From an uncultured Pseudomonadota bacterium (GTDB taxonomy: Bacteria; Pseudomonadota; Alphaproteobacteria; RF32; CAG-239), in the NCBI GenBank assembly GCA_949289935.1, contig CASEQD010000005.1, positions 66,655-130,654 of the forward strand: a stretch of DNA of 64,000 nt. The letters run 5' to 3'. Below are positions 23,322 to 32,078 of this stretch, piece by piece. The notes beneath the pieces are model-generated. The model had not been told where the DNA came from and made no database searches. It worked only from the letters and a program-made list of their open reading frames with translations. Both the position numbers and the translations under genes were made by a program. Each line of letters begins with the position of its first letter. Position 1 is the stretch's first letter.

Positions 23322-24632
23322 ATGCGAAAAACCTTTGCCGCTTTTTTATTGTGCAGTGTATTTACGGCTTTCCCGGCCTTAGGACAGAATACTGCCGGGA
23401 TAGCGTTAAACGAAACGTCCGCGGCTCCGGAAGCAATAGAACGGCGGCCGTCGGATTCGTCGGAAAATAAAACGCCGGAAAACATAAATATAACGGATTC
23501 TGCGTCCCAAAAAACGGAAGAGGCTTCGTCAGCCCGGACAACGTCGGCTGAAGGCGAAAGTCTGGCGGAAAAAGAAAAGAAAGGGCTCTTTTCTTTCCTG
23601 AATTTTTCGTTTATCAGTCCCAAAAATTCCGAAATTGCCAAAGAGGCCGAAGAGCATAAGGAAACCTTTCTTCAGGCGGTTACCCGCAAAGCCGAAGAAG
23701 GCAATGTCGATGCGCAGCTCAGCCTTGGCTATATGTATCTTTACGGGGATGCCGATGCCGGTGTGACGGCTGACTATGAGCAGGCGTTCAAATACTATTC
23801 CATGGCGGCGGAACAGGGCGATAATATTGCCATCAACAACTTGGGCAGCCTTTATTACAGTGGTGTCGGCACCAAACGCAATCCTTACAAAGCGGCGATT
23901 CTTTTTGCCAAAGCGGCGGATATGGGCAACATTGAAGCCTCCGTCAATCTGGCTTTTTTGTACCTGAGCGGCAGCGGCGTCCGTCAGGACAGCAAACAGG
24001 CGATGAACTACTTTGCCAAAGCGGCGGAACAGGGAAATCTCACGGCGGAATTCATGATGGGTTATGCTTATTACAAAGGTTTCATTGTCGGGCAGGATTT
24101 CCGCAAGGCTTTTGAACTGATGCGCGATCCGGCGCAGGCCGGCTTTGACGAGGCGCAATACAATCTGGCGCTGATGTATTTAAACGGCGAGGGCATAACC
24201 AAAAACTACGGCAATGCGGTAAAATATTTTGGAGCTTCGTTTATGCAGGGCAATGTGCAGGCCATGGTTGAGCTGGCCGGAATTTTGGCGGCGGGGCAGG
24301 TTTATCCCCAAAACATTTATCAGGCGCATACTTTGTATAATATTGCTTCTGTCCGCGGTGCGCCTGATGCGGCCGCCCGGCGCGACGAACTGGAAAAATA
24401 CCTGAAAATCGATGAAATTTTGCAGGCGCAGACCGAAGCCGAAAATTTCAAAGACCAGCCCAAAGAGCTGACCAGCTACATCCGAAAAACTTTTGGAACA
24501 AACATTGCCGGGTACATTGACGAACAGATGCCTAAAAAACCGGCGCTGGCAAAGCCTTTATACGCTTCTCCCGCAGATGCGTCTTCTCAACCGCAGTCCC
24601 AGCCGGCATCCGGCAGTCGTCCTCTGTTGTAA
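23322..24632 (+). CDS. secreted Sel1-like (SLR/TPR) repeat protein
   Basis: Has a signal peptide and at least six Sel1-type repeats (e.g. AQLSLGYMYLYG, AINNLGSLYYSGVG, ASVNLAFLYLSGSG, AQYNLALMYLNGEG). Confidence 0.85.
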   Translation: MRKTFAAFLLCSVFTAFPALGQNTAGIALNETSAAPEAIERRPSDSSENKTPENINITDSASQKTEEASSARTTSAEGESLAEKEKKGLFSFLNFSFISPKNSEIAKEAEEHKETFLQAVTRKAEEGNVDAQLSLGYMYLYGDADAGVTADYEQAFKYYSMAAEQGDNIAINNLGSLYYSGVGTKRNPYKAAILFAKAADMGNIEASVNLAFLYLSGSGVRQDSKQAMNYFAKAAEQGNLTAEFMMGYAYYKGFIVGQDFRKAFELMRDPAQAGFDEAQYNLALMYLNGEGITKNYGNAVKYFGASFMQGNVQAMVELAGILAAGQVYPQNIYQAHTLYNIASVRGAPDAAARRDELEKYLKIDEILQAQTEAENFKDQPKELTSYIRKTFGTNIAGYIDEQMPKKPALAKPLYASPADASSQPQSQPASGSRPLL

Positions 24633-24755
24633 AATTTATGGAGCATTAACGAAATTTTTAGCATCTGAATATTATCTTTTTCTCAGCATATTTGAAAAAA
24701 ATATCGAAAAAAAGCCATAAGGCAAAACCAATCCAGAATTAAGGAGAAAAAAATA

Positions 24756-25853
24756 ATGTCAGACATTTCATTAACCGCCAGTATGAGAACAAACCTGTTG
24801 TCTTTGCAAAATACGCAGAGCCTGATGGATACAACTCAGGAGCGTTTGTCAACCGGCAAAAAAGTAAACTCGGCTATTGATAATCCGTCTTCATACTATA
24901 CCGCACAAAACCTGACCAACCGCGCCGGCGACCTGGAAGGCCTGCTGGACAGCATGGGACAGGGCATTCAGACCATCAAAGCCGCCAACGAAGGCATTGA
25001 ATCCATCACCTCTTTCGTTGAACAGGCCAAGGCTGTTGCCAACACCGCCCGCGACACCGCTTACAAAACCGAAGTCGAAAGCTCGGGAACTTTTACCAAT
25101 TCTGTTCAGGAGTCGGCAGACGCAACAGCCAATACCGAAACCTTGACGCTTAAAGTCGGCGATGTAACTTTGAGCTATGACGTGAAAGGAAAAAGTACCG
25201 GAAACGCTGCCGATGGTTTGACGGCTGTTATTAACGGGTTGACAACAGGCAGTAATCAAACGACTTACGATGCGGCTAATTTCACGATTGAAGCCAACGA
25301 CGCCGGTAATGGTATTATCATCAAGGCCAAAGACGGTGCGAGCATCAGTGGCTCCGTCAGCATTGAAAACGGCATGGGCTTAACCATAAACGGCAAACTC
25401 GACACCACCTCCCGGCAGAACTCCATCGACCAGTACAACGATATTTTGGCTCAGATAGACCAGTTGGCGGCCGATGCTTCTTATAAAGGCATTAACCTGT
25501 TGAAAGGCGACGAATTGAAAGTCATCTTCAACGAAGACCGCAGCTCGTTTATCGAAATCAAAAGCGAAAAGACGGCAGATTCGACAGGGCTGGGCTTGAC
25601 CGCTGTTACGGATTGGTCAGACAACGACTTGGTTGATGACACCATTACCCAGGTTGAAAGCGCCATCAACACACTGCGCGACATGGCTTCCGAGTTTGGT
25701 AACAACTACTCCATCGTCCAGACGCGTCAGGACTTTACTGAAAACCTGATTAACGTTTTGGAAGAAGGTGCGGATGACCTGACCCTGGCGGATATGAACG
25801 AAGAGTCGGCAAACATGCTGGCGCTTCAGACCAGAGCTGTTCTGATTTTTTAA
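24756..25853 (+). CDS. flagellin paralog F3, C-terminally truncated (last ~21 conserved residues replaced by AVLIF)
   Basis: The N-terminus and body are intact. The sequence after ...NMLALQTR is about 59 nt shorter than F2 by my alignment, so the terminal D0 helix is missing. It may be non-functional. Confidence 0.7.
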   Translation: MSDISLTASMRTNLLSLQNTQSLMDTTQERLSTGKKVNSAIDNPSSYYTAQNLTNRAGDLEGLLDSMGQGIQTIKAANEGIESITSFVEQAKAVANTARDTAYKTEVESSGTFTNSVQESADATANTETLTLKVGDVTLSYDVKGKSTGNAADGLTAVINGLTTGSNQTTYDAANFTIEANDAGNGIIIKAKDGASISGSVSIENGMGLTINGKLDTTSRQNSIDQYNDILAQIDQLAADASYKGINLLKGDELKVIFNEDRSSFIEIKSEKTADSTGLGLTAVTDWSDNDLVDDTITQVESAINTLRDMASEFGNNYSIVQTRQDFTENLINVLEEGADDLTLADMNEESANMLALQTRAVLIF

Positions 25854-25865
25854 TATGGGGAAGAA

Positions 25866-25892
25866 AAAGGGCGGTTTTTTCCGCCCTTTTTT
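25866..25892 (+). terminator. rho-independent terminator after F3
   Basis: AAAGGGCGG-TTTTTT-CCGCCCTTT followed by a T-run. Confidence 0.8.
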
Positions 25893-26006
25893 AATAGAAC
25901 TTTTGTATAGCATTTTTTTATTGCACTGGATTTAAAAACATGTTACCATAAATATATGCTTCAGTAAGGAGCAGTTAGTTTAACCACAGTAATTGGGAGA
26001 AAAGCG

Positions 26007-27021
26007 ATGTCAGATATTTCATTAACCGCAAGCATGCGGACAAACCTGTTGTCTTTGCAAAACACTCAGAGCCTGATGGATACCACGCAGGAACGCTTGT
26101 CAACGGGTAAAAAAGTAAACTCAGCTATTGATAATCCGTCTTCATATTATACGGCGCAAAACCTGACCAACCGTGCCGGCGACCTGGAAGGCCTGTTCGT
26201 CGAACAGGCCAAGGCTGTTGCCAACACCGCCCGCGATACATCCTATAAAGGCAAAGTTGAAAGTTCGGGCACATTTACGGCTGTAGATGGTCAGAAGGTA
26301 ACAATTAAGGTTGGCAATGAAACGATAGAAAGTAATGAATTGTCAACGGATGATGGAATTGAGGCATTGGTTACGGCTTTTACAAGTGCAGCTAATTATG
26401 GTAATTTGAGCTTCACTGTTGCAGCTAATGCGGATAAGACGGGAATTATCGTCAAAGCTAAGGATGGAACGGAAATCACGGCGGATGTCAGCATCGAAAA
26501 CGGCATGGGTTTGAGCCTGAGCGGTGAAATTGACACCACAACCCGCAAAAACTCCATTGACCAATATAACGATATTTTGGCTCAGATAGACCAGTTGGCG
26601 TCCGATGCGTCATATAAAGGCGTCAACCTGCTGAAAGGCGATGAGTTGAAAGTCATTTTCAACGAATCATTTTCAACGAAGACCGTAGCTCGTTTATTGA
26701 AATCAAAAGCGAGAAACATGCGGATTCGGCAGGATTGGGTTTGTCTGCTGTTACGGCGGCGGATTGGTCGACAAATGACGGTGTCGATGCCACCATCACT
26801 CAGGTTGAAGGCGCCATCAACACGTTGCGCGACATGGCCTCCGAATTTGGTAACAACTACTCCATCGTCCAGACGCGTCAGGACTTCACTGAAAACCTGA
26901 TTAACGTTTTGGAAGAAGGTGCGGATGACCTGACCCTGGCGGATATGAACGAAGAGTCGGCAAACATGCTGGCGCTTCAGACCAGACGCAGGCGGCTCAG
27001 TCGGTTCTGCAGTTGTTCTAA
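26007..27021 (+). pseudogene. flagellin paralog F4, disrupted (69-nt in-frame deletion, 14-nt tandem duplication, ~34-nt C-terminal deletion)
   Basis: TCATTTTCAACGAA is duplicated at 26653-26666 and 26667-26680, which shifts the frame. The C-terminal region lies in another frame (track ORF 26735-27118). The ancestral stop TAA is at 27019-27021. Confidence 0.75.
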
Positions 27022-27040
27022 AACGGCAAATGAACAAAAA

Positions 27041-27068
27041 AAGAACGGGAAAATCCCGTTCTTTTTTA
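27041..27068. terminator. bidirectional rho-independent terminator (F4 / ymdB-like gene)
   Basis: GAACGGGA-AAA-TCCCGTTC is flanked by an A-run and a T-run. Confidence 0.75.
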
Positions 27069-27086
27069 TTTTACGGCAGATAAAAA

Positions 27087-27872
27087 TTATCTTAAAACCA
27101 GCTGTTCAATATGCGTAGCCAGCCCTGCCGCATCATCAATATCGACAACAATGCCGTAAAGCGTACCTTTCCCGTTGGATACGCTGAGCCGCCCGCCGGT
27201 ATATTTTCTGGCCAGACGGTTTATCGGTTCTTCAATATCAAAACCCAGTACGGAATCATAATCGCCGCACATGCCCACATCCGTAATATAAGCCGTACCA
27301 TGCCTGAGCAGACGACAATCGGCGGTCGGAACATGCGTATGCGTTCCGGCAACCACGGAAACCCGGCCGTCCAGATAATATCCCAGAGCCAGTTTTTCTG
27401 AAGTTGCTTCGGCATGGATGTCCACCAGAACGGCATCAATATTGCCCCCGAGCCGGTAGCTTTTCAAAAGCTTGTCCAGCGCCTGAACAGGACAATCGAC
27501 CGCTTCCATGAACAACCGTCCCAAAACCTGAACGACCAGAAGCTTTTGTCCGTTGGGCAGATTAATTTCGACCGCGCCTTTTCCCGGCAGGCTTTCCGGA
27601 TAATTCAGCGGCCGGACAATGCGCTTGCATTCATTCAGAAAAGGAATAATATCCCGCTGCTGCCACACATGGTTTCCGGTTGTCAGCGCGTCAACGCCCC
27701 GTTCCAAAAATTCCCGGCAAATGGCCGGTGTAACGCCAAACCCGTGGGCGGCGTTTTCCACATTAACCACCACGGCATCCGGTTTGTATGTTTCTTTTAA
27801 ATACGAAATGTTCGAAAGGACGGCTTCTCTTCCCGATCTTCCGACCACATCGCCGCAATAAACAAGCCTCAA
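27087..27872 (-). CDS. ymdB: YmdB-family metallophosphoesterase (2',3'-cyclic-nucleotide phosphodiesterase-like)
   Basis: MRLVYCGDVVGRSGR..., NVENAAHGFG, TTGNHVW and AGTHTHVPTAD motifs. Confidence 0.85.
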   Translation of the reverse strand: MRLVYCGDVVGRSGREAVLSNISYLKETYKPDAVVVNVENAAHGFGVTPAICREFLERGVDALTTGNHVWQQRDIIPFLNECKRIVRPLNYPESLPGKGAVEINLPNGQKLLVVQVLGRLFMEAVDCPVQALDKLLKSYRLGGNIDAVLVDIHAEATSEKLALGYYLDGRVSVVAGTHTHVPTADCRLLRHGTAYITDVGMCGDYDSVLGFDIEEPINRLARKYTGGRLSVSNGKGTLYGIVVDIDDAAGLATHIEQLVLR

Positions 27873-27885
27873 TCAATATTCCCGT

Positions 27886-28090
27886 AAAAATAAAATCCCC
27901 GAAGGGATTTGTTGTTAAAACCGGTGAGGCAAGCCGTCATAGCCGTACACGACATTCAAAACTCGAACCGCTGTCACTAAGTGGGCACCATATAAACAAA
28001 CCACGATTTGTTCAGAGACAGTTCCCTGAAAAATAATGTTGGCTCGGTAGACCTGCGGAAACTACGCACCGGACAGCTTGCCTCCATGCC
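27886..28090 (-). ncRNA. ssrS: candidate 6S RNA (SsrS)
   Basis: A roughly 200-nt non-coding gap immediately downstream of zapA, which is the classic ssrS position. The 5' arm GAGGCAAGCUGUC pairs with the 3' arm GACGGCUUGCCUC. There are internal hairpins, and it ends in the terminator AAAUCCC-UUCG-GGGAUUU plus a U-run. Not verified with a covariance model. Confidence 0.5.
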
Positions 28091-28096
28091 GCTATA

Positions 28097-28438
28097 TTAC
28101 AATGATTCGATTTTATTTGCAACAGATTTTATTTGCTCGGCCAGTTCATTTATGCGGGAAGAAAGAATTTCATCGGCCTGGATGATTTCAGACTTATCCA
28201 CAGCGTCCGGATTTTCAACTGCCGGCGGGTTTCCTTTCCTGAGTTCAAACAATTCGTCAGCCAGCAAAAGCCCTGTCATGGCCAGCAGCATGTTTTCGTT
28301 AATCTGCCCCGAAGCCTGTGTCAGCAGTTTTGCTTTTTTATCCAGAATCTGAGCCAGTTCCAAAAGGTGCGCTTCCTGTCCGTCTTCGCAAGCCACCGCA
28401 TATTCACGGGCATTAATTGTGAGAGTTACCTGAGCCAT
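28097..28438 (-). CDS. zapA: cell division protein ZapA
   Basis: MAQVTLTINAREYAVACEDGQEAHLLELAQILDKK... matches the ZapA N-terminal pattern and size. Confidence 0.8.
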   Translation of the reverse strand: MAQVTLTINAREYAVACEDGQEAHLLELAQILDKKAKLLTQASGQINENMLLAMTGLLLADELFELRKGNPPAVENPDAVDKSEIIQADEILSSRINELAEQIKSVANKIESL

Positions 28439-28682
28439 TTTGTTCCAATACGTTGTTTATTTTAGAAATAATTTCTTCCATATGTCGAAGCGCCTGAGCG
28501 GAAGAGATTTTCAATTGATCAAGTTCTTCTTCCTTTTGTCTGAAAGCGCGGGCGTCGTCTTCCGTTCGTTTTCTGATTTGGCCGGCTTTTGCCTCCAAAA
28601 CCGATTCGAGGGCTGCCAGAGCATTCCCTGCCGCCGTAAGAGCTTCGTAACTTTTTGATAAATCTGCTTTTTTATTTTCCAT
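28413..28682 (-). CDS. small coiled-coil protein (DUF4164/ZapB-like), upstream partner of zapA
   Basis: 89 aa, coiled-coil throughout, overlapping the zapA start. This matches the usual alphaproteobacterial arrangement. Confidence 0.55.
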   Translation of the reverse strand: MENKKADLSKSYEALTAAGNALAALESVLEAKAGQIRKRTEDDARAFRQKEEELDQLKISSAQALRHMEEIISKINNVLEQNGSGNSHN

Positions 28683-28772
28683 ACGAATTTTCTTCCTTTT
28701 GCGGGATTAATAACGTATACTGACACTCATCATACGCGGTTGCGTTCAATTTTCAAGGTGCAAACATCGGTT

Positions 28773-29315
28773 ATGCCAAAATTTATTTTATACATATCGG
28801 AAGCGGATTTTTCTTCTCTGGAAACGGATGCGGAGTGCTTTTTGCTGGAAACGTCGCTGCCGCCGGAATTTTTGAAAAAATTCACGATGTCCGCCGCACA
28901 AAAAAACAAAATTGTCCTTTTTACCGGAGAAAACGCCGGTGAAATTTCAGCGCGCCTGAAAGCTGACGGTGTCGTCTTTGACCTTAGTGCGGCCGAAAAT
29001 CCGGTTAAGGCTTTTAAACAATGCCGGCGCAGCTGTGCCAAAGATGCCGTTGTCGGCGTCATCACCCGCAGCCGCCGTCACGAAGCTATGCTGCTGAGCG
29101 AATGTGAACCGGATTTTCTTATTTTTAAAATCTGGAAAGACGGTGAAGAAAAAACAAAGCTGCTTGTCGATTGGTATACGCGGTTGTTTCTCATTCAGTC
29201 AGCCGTGTTTTGCCGGGATGAAAATGCCTGCTGGCAGGATTGCGAAACAGATATTGTTATTTTACCGCCGGCTTCATATAAAATTTTTGTTGCCAAAAAC
29301 GAAAAATTAGATTAA
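28773..29315 (+). CDS. hypothetical protein, weak ThiE/TenI-like (thiamine-phosphate synthase family) resemblance
   Basis: The ORF is coding-like. DGVVFDL and GVITRSRRHEAMLLSECEPDFLIF loosely resemble TenI/ThiE strands. I chose ATG 28773. Confidence 0.35.
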   Translation: MPKFILYISEADFSSLETDAECFLLETSLPPEFLKKFTMSAAQKNKIVLFTGENAGEISARLKADGVVFDLSAAENPVKAFKQCRRSCAKDAVVGVITRSRRHEAMLLSECEPDFLIFKIWKDGEEKTKLLVDWYTRLFLIQSAVFCRDENACWQDCETDIVILPPASYKIFVAKNEKLD

Positions 29316-29365
29316 TTTTCCAAAAAAATCACATTTTAACATCGTAAATATGGAGACTTTAAATA

Positions 29366-29929
29366 ATGAAACAGCTTGCAGGATCAATCAGAATTGGCTG
29401 GGTTATCGAATATAAGGGAAAACCTTGGACAATTGTCAAAGCCCAGCATATCAAACCGGGAAAAGGCGGCGCCTTTATGCAGGTGGAAATGAAAGCCGTT
29501 GAAGAGGGCACCAAAACCAACGAACGCTTCAGAACCGAAGACACTGTTGAAAAATTGATGGTTGAAGAAAAAGACTGCCAGTTTCTTTTTGAAGACGGAA
29601 CCGGACTGACCTTCATGGACAGCGAAACTTTTGACCAATTCACTCTTCCGGCGGACATTTTGGGCGATTCCCGTCCTTTTATGACCGATGGGATGGAAGT
29701 CATCATCAGTTTTATTGACGGCAAACCGATTTCTGTCGAACTGCCGCTGCAGGTTGTCTGCACCGTATCCGAAACCGAGCCGGTGGTTAAAGGCCAGACG
29801 GCGGCATCGTCATACAAACCGGCTGTTTTGGACAACGGAGTGCGCGTTATGGTTCCGCCGTTTATCTCTGCCGGTGACAAAATCGTTGTCGGTACAGCCG
29901 AAGCCAACTATGTCGAAAGAGCAAAATAA
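29366..29929 (+). CDS. efp: translation elongation factor P
   Basis: 187 aa. The KPGKGGAF loop and overall EF-P pattern are present. Confidence 0.9.
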   Translation: MKQLAGSIRIGWVIEYKGKPWTIVKAQHIKPGKGGAFMQVEMKAVEEGTKTNERFRTEDTVEKLMVEEKDCQFLFEDGTGLTFMDSETFDQFTLPADILGDSRPFMTDGMEVIISFIDGKPISVELPLQVVCTVSETEPVVKGQTAASSYKPAVLDNGVRVMVPPFISAGDKIVVGTAEANYVERAK

Positions 29930-30735
29930 TGTCTTATCTTTCTCCGAATTTAACCAATCTGATTGCGGCGGTAAAAAAAGCTTCGTCTTCTCTTGACCGT
30001 GATTTTGGTGAAATCGAAAAACTTCAGTCGTCCGTAAAAGATTATAAACAGTTTGTGTTTAACGGTTACAACAAAGCCGACCGCATGCTGCGGACGGAGC
30101 TTTCCAGAATGCGTCCGTCTTTTGCTTTTGCCGCTGACGGGCGTCCCCGGCCTCAGGGCGGACATTTTATCATTTCTCCGGTCAGCGGGCTGCAGAATTT
30201 TATTCACGGCATATCCGGTTTTTCCATGACAGTCGCCATGTGTGAAAACGATACGGTTCTGGCTGCCGTTGTTTACAATCCGGCCCGGGATGAAATGTTT
30301 TTTGCCGAAAAAGGCATGGGGGCTTATAAAGAAGGTTTCCGCAGCCATGAAAGACTGCGCGTTTCCGCCCGCAAAGAACCGGAAGAAGCTCTTGCGGCAA
30401 TAGAATTGTCCGGCCGGGAAGATAATTTTTCGGAATATGCTGTTTTGCAAAACAAACTGGCGGCGGCGATGGGCGGCGTTCGCACGCTGGGCGATCCGGC
30501 GCTTGATTTGGCGTATGTTGCGGCCGGAAAGCTGGATGCTTTTGTTGCCTGTGCCCAAAAACCGTCCGATATTGCGGCCGGCATGCTTCTGGTTAAGGAA
30601 GCCGGCGGTTATGTCTTTGACATCAATCAGAAAGACATCCGTACGGAAAATCTCTCAGCCGTAATTTCTTCGGGAGATATTCTGGCCGTTAATGCAAATT
30701 TAAGCAACCGGATGTATGATTTGTTAAATAAATAA
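29929..30735 (+). CDS. inositol monophosphatase/SuhB-family protein with degenerate metal-binding motifs
   Basis: Family layout with ALDLAYVAAGKLDAF and SDIAAGMLLVKEAGG. The canonical WxIDPLDGTxNF motif is FIISPVSGLQNF here. Confidence 0.75.
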   Translation: MSYLSPNLTNLIAAVKKASSSLDRDFGEIEKLQSSVKDYKQFVFNGYNKADRMLRTELSRMRPSFAFAADGRPRPQGGHFIISPVSGLQNFIHGISGFSMTVAMCENDTVLAAVVYNPARDEMFFAEKGMGAYKEGFRSHERLRVSARKEPEEALAAIELSGREDNFSEYAVLQNKLAAAMGGVRTLGDPALDLAYVAAGKLDAFVACAQKPSDIAAGMLLVKEAGGYVFDINQKDIRTENLSAVISSGDILAVNANLSNRMYDLLNK

Positions 30736-30762
30736 AATTTAACATACTTGAGGAAATAAAAA

Positions 30763-31659
30763 ATGCGGTCTGAATTGTTGTTATCTTTGTCTGTTGCGGG
30801 GGCGGTCTGCCTCGGAATGGTTTATGCGGCGCGGGCGCAGGATGATGTTTACATTGATCTGTCGGTGCTGAACTCATTGCAGCAGGGAACGGAGATGACG
30901 GTTCAGCCGTTGTTTCCCGAAGTGAAAGAAAAACCGGCGGTTAAAAAGAAACTGCAAAAAAAACCGGTAAAACGTCGGACGGTTAAAAAGAAACAAACTG
31001 CCGTTGCCGGGAAAGCCGAAATATCGGCGCAGCAGGAAAATATGGAAAAAGCCGGAAGCAAAACAGAAGCGCGGCCTTCAGCCGGCGGCGAAAAGGCAAG
31101 TACCGTCAATGAGCTCAAACAGGCCATAGAAAATAACCCGGTAAAGAAAGAGCAAAGCAGTATTCCCGAAAATGAAAAAGCTGAAAGCGCAACCTCGGAA
31201 ACAGAGGAAAATATTTTGCCGGAAGACGCAAATAAAGGCGTTTTGACGCCGGCAGCCCCGGTTGTCGTAACAAAAACTGAAACGACCGCTCTGCAACCGG
31301 CAGAAAAAACTGCGGCAGAATCCGTGGTGCCGCCGGTTCAGACGCCTGCGGAAAACAACATCAGCCGGAGCATTGTCTTCGGAGCGGAATCTTCTGATCT
31401 GACAGAAGCCGATAAACAGCAGATTGACGCGATTATTGCTGCTTTTGAAGATATTGAAAACAGCAAAATTGCCATTACGTCATATAACCTAGATGACGGG
31501 AAGGATGTTTTCTATCGCAAAAAACAAAGCCTTGACCGTGCCATTGCCGTCAGGTCTTATCTGTTGCGCAAAGGATATAAAAATTACAGCATAAAAGTCA
31601 TCAACATTCCGGCCGGAGATCCGAGGGTCAACACGGTTGATGTTGTCGAATTGCGCTGA
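30763..31659 (+). CDS. secreted protein with OmpA-like C-terminal domain
   Basis: Signal peptide, a Lys/Pro/Ala-rich linker, and a C-terminal OmpA_C-like segment (ITSYNLDDGKDVFYRKKQSLDRAIAVRSYLLRKGY). Confidence 0.6.
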   Translation: MRSELLLSLSVAGAVCLGMVYAARAQDDVYIDLSVLNSLQQGTEMTVQPLFPEVKEKPAVKKKLQKKPVKRRTVKKKQTAVAGKAEISAQQENMEKAGSKTEARPSAGGEKASTVNELKQAIENNPVKKEQSSIPENEKAESATSETEENILPEDANKGVLTPAAPVVVTKTETTALQPAEKTAAESVVPPVQTPAENNISRSIVFGAESSDLTEADKQQIDAIIAAFEDIENSKIAITSYNLDDGKDVFYRKKQSLDRAIAVRSYLLRKGYKNYSIKVINIPAGDPRVNTVDVVELR

Positions 31660-31766
31660 TTTTTGTAAAAAAATTAAAAATATGCAAATTAATGCTTGCG
31701 TTATTCAAATGTCTAATGTATAAAAGCACTAAATTTGTATAAAAGTTTTTTTGGAGAAATAAAAAG

Positions 31767-32000
31767 ATGAAAAAAGGAATTCATCCGGATTATCATGAAA
31801 TTACCTATGTCATGACCGACGGAACGGAAGTTAAAACAAGATCAACCTGGGGAAAAGAAGGCAGCAAGATGAATCTTGAAATTGACCCGAAGTCTCATCC
31901 CGCATGGACAGGCATTCACCGCATGGTTGATTCTGGCGGACAGGTTTCAAAATTCAACAGCAAATTTGGTGCTTTTGTTAAAAGTCCGTCTGCAAACTAA
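31767..32000 (+). CDS. rpmE: 50S ribosomal protein L31 (no CxxC zinc motif)
   Basis: [19 protein letters not shown]...HPAWTG is diagnostic of L31. Confidence 0.9.
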   Translation: MKKGIHPDYHEITYVMTDGTEVKTRSTWGKEGSKMNLEIDPKSHPAWTGIHRMVDSGGQVSKFNSKFGAFVKSPSAN

Positions 32001-32024
32001 ATTTAGCGCAATTTAAGCTTTTTT

Positions 32025-32058
32025 AACCCGGAACAGATATACTGCCTCCGGGTTTTCT
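32025..32058 (+). terminator. rho-independent terminator after rpmE
   Basis: AACCCGGA...TCCGGGTT stem followed by a T-rich tail. Confidence 0.7.
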
Positions 32059-32078
32059 TATTTTATACGGAAGCAGAA

